From the NCBI RefSeq assembly GCF_020745735.1, contig NC_083413.1, forward strand, positions 92,739,900 to 92,803,899: DNA of 64,000 nt, read 5' to 3'. Shown one piece after another: positions 39,012 to 49,759 of the stretch (its first letter is position 1; every line of letters starts with the position of its first letter). Origin of the DNA: Hemiscyllium ocellatum (Eukaryota). Below the pieces are notes generated by a model, which ran no database searches, had not been told where the DNA came from, and saw only the letters and a list, made by a program, of their open reading frames with translations. The position numbers were made by a program, and so were the translations under genes.

Positions 39012-39378
39012 CATCTTCCGCCTGGGAACCGTCCAACCACAAGGGATGAACTCACATTTCTCCAGTTTCCTCATTTCCCCTCCCCCCACCTTGTCTCAGT
39101 CGATTCCCTCCAACTCAGCACCGCCCTCCTAACCTGCAATCTTCTTCCTGACCTCTCTGCCCCCAACCCACTCCGGCCTATCACCCTCATCTTGACCTCC
39201 TTCCACCTACCACATCTCCATCGCCCCTCCCCCAAGTCCCTCCTCCCTACCTGTTATCTTAGCCTGCTGGACGCACTTTCCTCATTCCTGATGAAGGGCT
39301 TATGCCCGAAACGTCGAATTTCCTGTTCCTTGGATGCTGCCTGACCTGCTGCGCTTTCACCAGCAACACATTTTCAGC
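39012..39378 (+). mobile_element. Family-B PLE 3' fragment inserted between D1 and D2, 7-bp TSD
   Basis: TATAATT at 39005-39011 and 39379-39385; the 3' part matches the family-B terminal repeat. Confidence 0.8.
39284..39319 (+). ncRNA. Minimal type-I hammerhead ribozyme motif (family B), intact
   Basis: ATTC-CTGATGA-A-GGGC(TTAT)GCCC-GAAAC-GTC-GAAT: perfect 4-bp helix I, core, 4-bp helix II, ACGT palindrome, GUC triplet (predicted cut after 39315). Confidence 0.8.
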
Positions 39379-39576
39379 TATAATTTTTTTTCCACCTTCT
39401 TCGTGTTGATTGTCAAGTTAAATGTAGACCAAACCTGGAAAAGTATTCCAAGCTTTCAAAATACAATGAATAGTAAAAGCTGAAATTATGCACCAAATCA
39501 TTTTTAGAGGAGTCTGAATCACTGCTTTCTAGGAAGTGAAGAAATTATCTGCATTTTACAGTTTACAGTCTATCAT

Positions 39577-39653
39577 AGTATTTGACACAACGTGTCTCAC
39601 AGTAATATAACTGGATTACTGGGGCCAAGGGACCATGGTGACTGTGACTTCAG
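39577..39653 (+). other. IGHJ: DH2 fused to JH (DJ), preceded by a 12-RSS
   Basis: AGTATTTGA-12 nt-CACAGTA (39577-39604), then ATATAACTGGAT directly followed by TAC TGG GGC CAA GGG ACC ATG GTG ACT GTG ACT TCA G|GTAAGA (YWGQGTMVTVTS; donor 39654). Confidence 0.85.
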
Positions 39654-40162
39654 GTAAGAACTTTGAACTTTCTTAATGACTTTTTAATAACTTTCTATTC
39701 ATGTGACTAATTTCTGAATTAAATGAAGCTAAGATTCTGTGCTGAGTTTGGTTTGGTTCGGATTGATTTTTGTTCAGACTGATTTAAGACTTCAGTTAAG
39801 GCTCAGCAAATAGTTAAAATGGTGATGATGGATTCAGTTGCTCGGTGTATCTCTTTTTTTATCAGATGGGCATTGTATGTGGCTGGGTTACTTGATACAC
39901 CTAATGTCTCTTAATCAGTCAGCTATCAATAGTCTTAAATGTCAGTGACACCCTGACTGTGAGTTTTGTTATCAACAGCAAACGCTAAGAATTCAAAGAT
40001 GTTCAAGATATTACCAAAAAAGGTTAAGATATGCTAAAATATCATTATTCATTTCTTTAATATATGTTCTTACCTGATTATATTTTCACATTTATTTTGT
40101 TAATTTTGTTGATGACAAGCGGGTTAGAAACTGTCATAAAATGTTTTTGCAGTGCTATATTT

Positions 40163-40465
40163 CATTCTGTTGATTAGATTCTGAGTTTGTTTCACTTGAT
40201 TCTGTTGAATTGAGTTGATTGGACTTTGGCTTTGTTTTAGTTGATTCAGTTTGAACTGTATTGATTGGATTCTGACTTTGATTTTACTTTGTTTTGTTGA
40301 ATTATGTTGATTGGCTTTTGAAATGGTTTTATTTGATTCTGTTGAATGGAATTGATTGGATTCTGATTATGTTTCATTCAAATCTGTTGTTTAGAGTTGA
40401 TTGGATTCTGATTTTATTTTCCTTGATTCTGTTGAATTGTGTTGATTGAATTCTTATTCAGTTTG
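40163..40465 (+). repeat. 45-46-bp minisatellite, ~7 degenerate copies, in the 5' J-C intron
   Basis: ATTGG (or ATTAG/ATTGA) at 40173, 40218, 40264, 40310, 40355, 40400 and 40445; unit approximately TTGATTCTGTTGAATTGAGTTGATTGGATTCTGATTTTATTT. Confidence 0.8.
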
Positions 40466-42075
40466 TGAAATTGATCTGCGTTTTTGTGCTTCCTGTAATT
40501 GGTGTTTTCTTTCTGGTGAGAAGATTGACTCTCTGGATTACTTTTCATTACCAATATATGTGAAGTTCTTTTGTTTTTCATGAATCATTTCTGCATTTGT
40601 TAAACTTCTATGACACATTTTGCTCTGATACATTTGATTGAAAACATTACATCCATTTGTAATAGTCTGAAAAACAACTTAAGGCAGAAATCCGGAAGTG
40701 TGAGAAATGAAAAGAAAAGAGTTTTTATGCTTTGACTTTAGAAAAAAAAATCTCAGTTCTAATTGTAAACTAACTGAATTTTGTTTTGAATAGCCTCATT
40801 CAAAATAAAATTTGGGCTAAAATCTGAAACAGCAGAATTAATCAGATTACGTAATTGAAACTAACTTAAAATTATAATGTGGTAACATTTGTTCATTCAG
40901 TAATTTTGTTTTGAACATGAAGTGATTAATCAATATATGCCTTCAACCGCTCTACTGTGCGCTGCACAAGATTGTCACGATCAAGAAGGGTGTGCAGGTT
41001 GGAAATAAATTGAATAGTTGCCAAAAACGTTACAGCTTTAAGTGTTCAGTCCCCTCACAAACAAGGTTGCTCTTATGACTTGTTATTTCTATTCAATTTA
41101 ATCATTAGTTTGCTTGATTCTGAGCAGTTTTGTTAGACTTCAATGTGTTTTTGTTGTGAGGTTACATCATGTTCTTGGTTCTGTTGAAAATGTTTGCAGA
41201 GCTAGGTCTGCTGCAAACACACCGTGTTGTGATCTGGTGATCGTTGATCTGTTGAGGAGGGACTGTGCTTGGGTAACATTAAATGTGTTATATTTGGGAA
41301 ACCATTTCTGGTTTCTACATTGTTTTTGCAATGTTAACACGGTTGGTGACAGTGAACTGCTCCAGGTTCCTTATTCAATGCAATCAGCATGCGAGTTAAA
41401 ATTTCATAAAGCCTATTATTAAATGAAAGGCAAATCGCAAAGGTTTTAGAAATGGAGGGAAAACAAATACCTTTGGGCGCCATTTTTATTTAAAATAAAT
41501 AAGGAAGGATTTATCTAATCCATGCTTTACAATCCAAATTCAGAACTCAACTATCTAGTTCAATCACAAGGTCTGTCTTTAAACAGGTTGCAAGTCATAG
41601 AGAAATATAAATAGAATTTCAAAAGTCTAATGATCTAATAGTTCTTGCTCTTGAGCAAAAATGCCATGACTGTGCTATAATTGATCAGGAAACACCTTTC
41701 AATTCCACTGTACACTACATATATATTTTTCTGGCTGCAAAAGATGATTGGCAAAGACCATTTGGAAATTCTGCTCAATTCTATGAAGAACAGATCAGTT
41801 TCACTGCTTTGATCAGTTTCACACACAACTTGAGTTAATTAATTGTTATATCCCTGTTTAAACTGGATTTGCAGGATAAAAATAAAACATTAACTGAATT
41901 ATTTAATCTGTGCAGTGCTTTAGGTGTTCCCAATCTGTGCATTTTAAATAAATAGTTACATTTTACAACAAAATATTAGCTGAAGAGTCTTTTGTTCGGA
42001 AACAACTGCTATACAGAATTATGTGATCAAGGCCAAATTTTGAATTAATTAAAACAATCCACTCATGACCTCGCA

Positions 42076-42410
42076 GGGCAGCATGGTGGCTCAGTGATTG
42101 GCATTGCTGCCTCACAGCGCCAGGGTCCCCAAATCAATTCCACAGGGTGACTGCCTGTGTGGAGTTTGCACATTCTCCCTGTGTCTGCGTGGGTTTCCTT
42201 CGGGCGCTCTGGTTTCCTACCCCAGTCCAAAAGATGTGCAGGTCAGGTGATTGGTTGTGCTAAATTGCACATAGTGTTTGGGGATGTGTAGGTGAGGTGC
42301 ATTAGTCAGGGATAAATATAAATTAGGGGGAGTAGGTCTGGGTGGGCTACTTACTGTTCAGAGGGTCAGTGTGGAATTGTTGTGCCAAATGGCCTGTTTC
42401 CATACTATAG
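42076..42410 (+). mobile_element. HE1-type SINE
   Basis: GGGCAGCATGGTGGCTCAGTG head and central domain. Confidence 0.85.
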
Positions 42411-42657
42411 GAACTCGACTCTTAAAACCATGGGAGTACTTGCTGCAAACGCAGAGAATCCATTTTACGTCGATGTGTTCAGACATTTGCAGAGTTCATA
42501 AATTTGCAGAAGATATGAACCAGGGGATAACAGAGCACATTGTTTATTCAGAAACTGAAAATAGAGTAATATTTATTTTAATCAATATACTTGACCGATT
42601 TATTGCAATTTAGCGATCAGAAGGAATCTGCTCACATTAGTTAAGTGTGACAATCAT

Positions 42658-42926
42658 TTATATTAGATATATTGCAGTATGTATCAGGCCATTTGGCCCA
42701 ACAAGTCCACACCGACACTCTGAAGAGTAACCCACCCAGACCCATTCCACTACCCTATATTTACCCCGACTAATGCACCTAACACTGTAGATAATTGACA
42801 TGCACATCTTTGGATTGTGGGAAGAAATCCACACAGATATAGGAGAGATTGTGTAAACTCCACATAGGCAGTCACCCGAGGCTGGAACCCTGCCTGTGTA
42901 CCTGGATCTGTGAGGCAGCAGTGCCC
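42658..42926 (-). mobile_element. HE1-type SINE (internally deleted)
   Basis: GGCCCAACAAGTCCACACCGAC...GGATCTGTGAGGCAGCAGTGC. Confidence 0.8.
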
Positions 42927-45649
42927 ACATTTACTTAAACATCCGTAAAAGCGGGCAACTCCAGACAGAAGCATGTTTTCAATTCATACCTTTATAAAAT
43001 ATTTTCGTTCATTAAAAGCAGTTAACAAGAAAAAGACCTTGCCCTAAATCCTTCAACAGAAATGCTTTTCAAACTGGAATGCAGTATTGACTTTATGCAG
43101 TGCATGCAAAATCTCCTCATTTCAAGGAACGTTTTAAGAATATGCAAAAATAATTTGGGCAATAATCCATTTCCTCCAGATCTGTGTGATATTTCCCACC
43201 TCAATAATTTTGTTAAATGCAATGACTTATGAAATTTATTAACTCAGTGGTTATTTATGTTCATTGTGAACACATTCTCGCTCACATTAATCCACTGGAT
43301 AGTTCCTCTGATTAATGTTCAACTATCGTGAATATATTTGACGTGAGGAGCTGAGCAATGATTAATCTCTAGGATTAAATCTGTTGTACAGTTTGTTTCA
43401 GTGCTTTCTCGGACTAACTTGTCAACGGTCCTGACCATTTGTAAATTGTCCAGTTCAGATTCCTGAATCTCAGACAGTTCAATTTCATCTCGGGCTTCAA
43501 AACCACATTTATCTGCCAGAAATACAATATTCCATTAGGTGCCTCAAAACTGAGAGCCCTGACTAAGTTATTCCAATCAGAATGAACATTTCAGGAACAA
43601 AAGGCAAATACCAAGAGTTTTGAAATTGGTTGTTGGCAGCAAGAGATATTTGATTGAGTGAGGCAGTGAGAAATATGCTACATATTTTCTTTGTGCCTCT
43701 GTTATGCATGACATGTTTCATAGCACAATGTTGAATCAGATTTTTTTTTGCATCTTATTATTTGAAAACCTATTATCAGCTTTTAATGTCACTGGCAACG
43801 GTCATATTACACTTCAAAACATTTAAATCTTTTTCAAACTAAGTAGACCGTCTGGTGCAGCAACATTCACAGGGGAAAGAGGAAGGGGGTTCTTGGGTGA
43901 AATCCAGTGACAGTGAATTGATGGCAATGCAATTCCTAGTTTTATTCCTCTGTAGTTCCTATAGAGTTGAACAATTCGGAGCTGCTGTCAAAGTATTCTT
44001 GGAAAAATGTTGAAATGTTACTTTCATTGTACAAACATTCTGGAACAATCCCTGGTTGTTGGAAGGTGTTAATAACTAACATTGTTTATATATTGTCAAA
44101 CAGGCGGGCTGTGTTCTCCGTGATAGTGTCGAGATCATTGTGTTCAGGTCTGTTGTGAAGTTGTAGTAGGGTCCCTGATTCTGTGCGAGGTGGCCTCTGT
44201 TCACTAACAACCTGTTAGAGAGGTATGTAACACCATCACTTATCAGGTTACTTCAATACAAGAAACCGGATTGAAATGTTTGGGTATTTGTTGGAATTCC
44301 ACTCACAGAGGCCAGTGAAATCCATTCAATCACTATCCTGACTTGTGTCGCTTAGATATTAAACAGTATTTTGGTGGTTAGCAGCTTTTTCCAGATCAAT
44401 ATTTGTTCACAAGATTTTGGGCATCTCCAGATACGGTTAATGGAGTAAGTGCTCAAAGAAATCCCAGCTTTTGACTTACTTTTCTAACAATATCATTTAT
44501 ATCTAATCCAGAATGAATCATTTTCGAAGTATATTTGATTAGATTATGCTTAGGCTGTTTTACTTTATATTAAACCAGTGCTGTAGCTGAATTTGATTGT
44601 TCAGTACTGTGAGGGTTCCGCTGAATCCAACACTTGCAGCAGATGGTGTTAGCTTTTCAGTTGGTCTTCAGTTGCTATCTCAAACCTTCCAATACCTCTA
44701 CTAAAATCATTTTTCCAAAGGAGTCAAGCCAACACAATCCCTGTTTATCTCAACAGGTGTGAGCTTTTGTGCCAAAAACATGAAAACAATTTGGTGAAGA
44801 GGGGGTCTCTGGATGCAAAAGGTTACCCTTGCCTTCTCTCCACAGGAGCTGCCAGACCTGCCGAGTTTCTTCAGAAATTTCTGTCTTTATTTTGGTTTTC
44901 TAGCATTTAAAGTTTGTTGTTTCATTGAAAAAGAAGTTCTGCTCGATTAAACACGTTCTTCAGAGAAAAGATGCACTTGAACAAATTGCGAATATTCATA
45001 GATATTAATATATCAGAGAATCATTGAATTTGACCGCCCTGATCTAAAGCTGTAGTTTCACAAGAAACTGTTACGAAGTAACAACACATTCCAGAGTGTA
45101 ATGGCTGCTGTAGTTGGATGAGGGTTATTTTGATCACTCAAATGGAGAATGTCAATGATCCCGTTCCTAATAATCAACAGAATTTTTATTAATGCATGTG
45201 TGATACAATTAATTTGTTGAAATATTTTAATAAAATGTGTTGAAGGCCAGTACTAGCTTAATGCATGACACAATGATAGGAAGGTAGGAGCAAGTGGAGG
45301 GCACTCAGCCCCTCGAGCTGTTCTACCACTTACTTATCATGGTGCATTTGTGAGCTAAATCCACAGGCCTCCCTTCGGCTAAAACTCTTTAAAACCTTTG
45401 ATTAACAAGAAAAACTATCCCAGATTTACTGATTCGACTGCCCATAACAAAGGGAGACACCATTTCTGAAAGACATTCCTCTGAGTACTGTGTCACAATA
45501 AGGCTGGAATTAATTTGCTCATGAAAGTAAACTTTAAATCTCTGACAATTTCCTATTGAAACATCCCAATCATCATATTTCATTAATTTAACACTGTACT
45601 TCCCTGGAATAAAGAAGCATAGTGTGTGATTGCCTTACTAAAAATGAGG

Positions 45650-45876
45650 AGAAAGTGAGCACTGCAGATACTGGAGATCAGAGCTGAAAATATGTTGCTG
45701 GAAAAGCGCAGCAGGTTAGGCAGCATCCAAGGAGCAGGACAATCCATGTTTCAGTCATGAGTCCTTCTTCAGGAATCATTCCTGAAGAAGGGCTCATGCC
45801 CGGAACGTCGATTCTCCTGCTCCTTAAATGCTGCCTGACCTGCTGCGCTTTTCCAGCAACACATTTTCAGCAGTTG
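45650..45876. mobile_element. Inverted pair of family-B PLE terminal repeats, 12-bp TSD
   Basis: TSD CTAAAAATGAGG at 45638-45649 and 45877-45888. Axis AGGAAT-C-ATTCCT at 45777. The + arm hammerhead at 45778-45813 has CTGAAGA but GGAA in place of GAAA. Confidence 0.85.
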
Positions 45877-45956
45877 CTAAAAATGAGGGAAGTTTCATTC
45901 CTAAGAAATAGCTCTGTTCATTCAGTGAAACCACAGTCAAATCACACAAAAGGAAA

Positions 45957-46164
45957 CCATGATTTGGAGATGCCGGTGTTGGACTGGGGTGTACAAAATT
46001 AAAAATCACACAACACTACGTTATAGTCCAACAGGTTTAATTGGAAGCACGCTTGCTTTCGGAGCGATGCTACTTCATCCGGTGATAGTGGAGCGTCGCT
46101 CTGGAAGCTAGTGTGCTTCCAATTAAACCTGTTGGACTATAACCTGGTGTTGTGTGATTTTTAA
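45957..46164. mobile_element. Palindromic terminal-repeat pair of a third PLE-like family (C), with decayed hammerheads
   Basis: Arms TTAAAAATCACACAACAC...TTGGAAGCAC (45999-46050) and GTGCTTCCAA...GTGTTGTGTGATTTTTAA (46112-46164). The centre carries GGAGCGTCGCTC-TGGAAGCTAGTG and rc CACCGGATGAAGTAGCATCGCTCCGAAAGC. Confidence 0.7.
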
Positions 46165-47799
46165 AAAGGGCAACCATGTCATCTTGTGTAGTCATGCAAG
46201 TGCCTCAAATAATTTTCAATTCTTCGAGTGGTTGTTTGAATCTCTAGACAGCTGTGGAAGTGTCAGACTTTTTATATCGCCCTGGAAAACCAGTTGTCAT
46301 CAGTCTATTTGAATTGCTGAAGTTTGTGTGGTTTTAGCACATTCACAGCGCTGTTAGGAAGTGAGTCCCATGGCTGTGATTGAGGAAGAGGAGACGGACA
46401 GGGAACTAGTTGAGAGTCAAGTTGAAGTCTGATTTGGAGGAAAGCTTTACATGCATGTGCGCCCTTATCCTCAAGGTTCACAATTTTGGAACATGCTGCC
46501 AAAGGGACATGTCAGCATGCAAAATGGAAGCTGAAGAAGGCATGTCGGCCTCTCAAGAAGGCTATTCCATTCATAGGATCATCATTAATCTTGCTGCTCA
46601 CCAATCTTCCCAACACTCGATAACATTGAACCTGATTGTGTACTGTTCAACAAAAGAAAGGTGAATTCTTTTGGAATTCTCCACCACAGAAATTCATAGA
46701 TTCAAGACTCATAGATTCCTGAAAGCTATCAAGTACCTCGTGTGTTGAAGGTGTTTGGCACATGTACCTTCATTGGTCAGAGCACAGAGTGCAGGATTTA
46801 GGGTTTCATGTTGTAACTGTCCAAAACATTGGAATGAACTGCCAGAGGAAGTGGTAAGTGCAGAGATAGGTCCAACATTTAGAAGACATTTGAACAGCTA
46901 CAGGAACTGGATAGGTCTGGATGAATATGGGCCAAAGGCAGGCAAGTAGAATTAGTATAATTTGGGAACTCTGGTCAGCATGAATGGGCTGGACCAAAGG
47001 AACTGCTTCTGTGCTGTACGACTTTATGACTCACTGACTTTATGGTGGAGTCGGCTCAAAGTTGGAAGGTGGTGAGCAAGTGAGGGGCTAGATTGGGTAT
47101 GTGGGAGAGTTTGGGCTGGCAGGCTGTGAGATGTTGGCTGGCTGCTGGATAAGCTTGCATGCACCCTATCTGGCAAGGTGACATCAAGGTAAATGGTAAT
47201 GGTCACAGGATAATTTGGTCGAATTGTGCTTGGTAGGTGAAGTGTAGTTTGAGCTGAAATGCAGGAGGTCTCTCTTTGCCAGGGTGGCTTATGGAGAAGT
47301 GGGCAGGATGCCAGGCTGGTTAGTGTACAGATGGGCAGAGTGCCAGGATGTTTCGGGGGTGGAAGGTCACTGCAATGAAGTGACAAGTGGACGTGTTGTC
47401 AAAATGAAAAGCTCGGAGTCTGGCAAAATGGTAGGTTGTAAAGCACAGATGCGAGGTTTGGTGGTGAACTGCGTGTCAGTTTGATAGTTATTAAAGTTAA
47501 AGATTACTTGTTCATTTCTCAAATCATATTTATGTAAATACTCAGCTGTAACACTCCAAAGTCTCTGAACCTTAATGGTCTTCCATTTTTCAGAGGCCTC
47601 CAGAATTCAGATAATTGTAAATTAGATGTTTCAACTTCCAGACAATTGGCCTGAGTTCAGCCGTGACAATCATCCTCCCCGTCCCAGTGCTCAGCTCCTG
47701 CCTGTGCCACTGCTGCAGTGACCTTCCTCCCAGAGAAAACATTCTGCCTTGCATTGATAAGTGAGGAAGGCTCACTGGACCTGATTTCCAAGTACGGGG

Positions 47800-48522
47800 A
47801 CGGCAAACACGAGGAGACACAACTTTAAATTGAGGGGAGATAGGGATAAGACAGATGTGAGAAGTAGTTTCTTTACTCATTGAGTAGTAAGGGTATGGAA
47901 TGCTTTGCCTGCAACGGTCGTAGATTCGCCAAGTTTAAGTACGTTTAAGACGTCATTGGACAGGCATATAGAACATAGAACATAGAACATAGAAAAATAC
48001 AGCGCAGTACAGGCCCTTCGGCCCTCGATGTTGCGCCGACAAAATCCTACCTAACCTACACTAGCCCAATAACTTGCATATGCCTAGCCAATGCCTGCTT
48101 AAATGACCATAAAGAGGGAGAGTTCACCACTGCTACTGGCAGGGCATTCCATGAACTCACAACCCGCTGCATAAAGAATCTACCCCTAACATCTGTCCTA
48201 TACCTACCACCCCTTAATTTAAAGCTGTGTCCCCTAGTAACAGCTGACTCCATTAGCGGTAAAAGGTTCTCAGTATCTACCCTATCTAAATCCCTAATCA
48301 TCTTATAAACCTCTATCAAATCTCCCCTAAACCTTCTTTTCTCCAATGAGAACAGGCCCAAGTGCCTCAGCCTTTCCTCATACGATCTTCCTACCATGCC
48401 AGGCAACATATGTACGTACATGGAATAGTGCAGGTGAGATGGGCTTCAGATTGGTCTGACAGGTCGGCGCAACATCGAGGGCCGAAGGGCCTGCCGTGCG
48501 CTGTAATGTTCTATGTTCTATG
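47800..48522. mobile_element. Two same-family CR1 3' ends nested in opposite orientation
   Basis: A + copy (47800-47970, 48410-48522) is split by a - copy that starts with the (ATAGAAC)n tail. GTACAGGCCCTTCGGCCCTCGATGTTGCGCCGAC (~48007-48040) mirrors GTCGGCGCAACATCGAGGGCCGAAGGGCCTG (~48463-48493). Confidence 0.75.
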
Positions 48523-48590
48523 ATTCACTCTGACTTCCCTCCGGGGGTACTGCCCGCTGTTGGGTATTTCCAGCAGCACGGTACCTAGTG

Positions 48591-48896
48591 GGGCAGCATA
48601 CTGGTTCCGTGGTTAGCCCAGCTGCCTCACAGTGCTATGGACTCGGGTTCCATTCCAGCCTCCACACTGTCTGTGTGGAGTTGGCACTTTCTCCCCACGT
48701 CTGAGTGCGTTTCCTCCCACAGTCCAAAGATGTACAAGCTGGGGGAATTGCAAATTTGTTCAGTGATTGGAAGGTTAGTTGCATTAATTAGGGTTAATTG
48801 TAGCATAATAGGGTAGGGGAAAGGTCTGGATGCGTTACTTTTCAGAGGGTGGGTGTGGACTTGTTGGGCCAAACGGCCTGTTTGCACACACTGTAG
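48591..48896 (+). mobile_element. Diverged HE1-type SINE
   Basis: GGGCAGCATACTGG...GTGTGGAGTTGGCAC...GGACTTGTTGGGCCAAACGGCCTG. Confidence 0.7.
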
Positions 48897-49238
48897 AATT
48901 TCGATAAATCTGCATTTCCTTGGTTTGTATTTTGTGAAACTTCTCAGCTCTTCCCAGCAATCCAGTGAAAGTGGCAATTGGTGAGATCTTCAAACAGTTA
49001 CTGGGGTAGGATCAGGATGTTCTTCTTCCTAAGTTATGTGTTAATGGTCAAGGTCGAGGGTATGTTTCTGAAGAGGGAACCAATGATCATGATCAGCAAC
49101 TGGTAGGAAACAAAAATAAACTCTAGTTGCGCTGTAGACTTCAGCGGGAGCATGCTGGCAAACGGTTACAGCTGAGGATACATTTGAGTAACTGATAAGG
49201 TGAAATTATCAAAAATTAACATGGTCATTTTATTGTAG

Positions 49239-49544
49239 AGACACCATCTCCCTCCACACTTTATGGCCTGGTCTCCTCCTGTGAGGAGCACAACACCGGT
49301 TCTGTGATCTATGGTTGTCTGGCGATGGACTATTCCCCTGACGTCACCAAGGTAACCTGGAAGAAAGATGGGGAGCTGATCACGACTGGATTGAAGACTT
49401 ACCCATCAGTGAGAAACAAGAGGGGAACCTACACCCTGAGCAGCCAGTTAACCTTGTCCGAGTCAGCGGTAGATTGCCCCAGCAAAATCTACTGTGCAGT
49501 TCAACACAGCGGGTCACACAAGACCAAAGAAATGTCATGTCCAT
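49239..49544 (+). CDS. IGHM: IgM Cmu1 exon (open)
   Basis: TTGTAG|AG acceptor and T|GTACGT donor (phase 1/1). (E)[44 protein letters not shown]...[10 protein letters not shown]...[20 protein letters not shown]; C1-set Cys/Trp/Cys intact. Confidence 0.93.
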
Positions 49545-49611
49545 GTACGTGTTGTGGGAACTGAGATCAACAGATCATCTGGGCTTAATATGAATAAGGC
49601 ATTATTTATAA

Positions 49612-49737
49612 TCAGTAAAAAGTGAGGACTGCAGATGCTGGAGATCAGAGCTGAAAATGTGTTGCTGGTTAAAGCACAGCAGGTCAGGCAGCATCCAAGG
49701 AACAGGAAATTCGATGTTTTGGTCCAGAGCCCTTCAT
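49612..49737 (-). mobile_element. Short family-B PLE terminal repeat, 12-bp TSD, 67 bp 3' of Cmu1
   Basis: TSD CATTATTTATAA at 49600-49611 and 49738-49749. The element's 5' end falls inside the hammerhead core (rc TGATGAAGGGC). Confidence 0.85.
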
Positions 49738-49759
49738 CATTATTTATAACCATTTTCAC

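Noticed and set aside
39598-39625. CACAGTA read as a forward (3') D heptamer
   Set aside because: No nonamer 12 or 23 nt downstream (that sequence is JH coding), whereas a 6/9 nonamer lies exactly 12 nt upstream.
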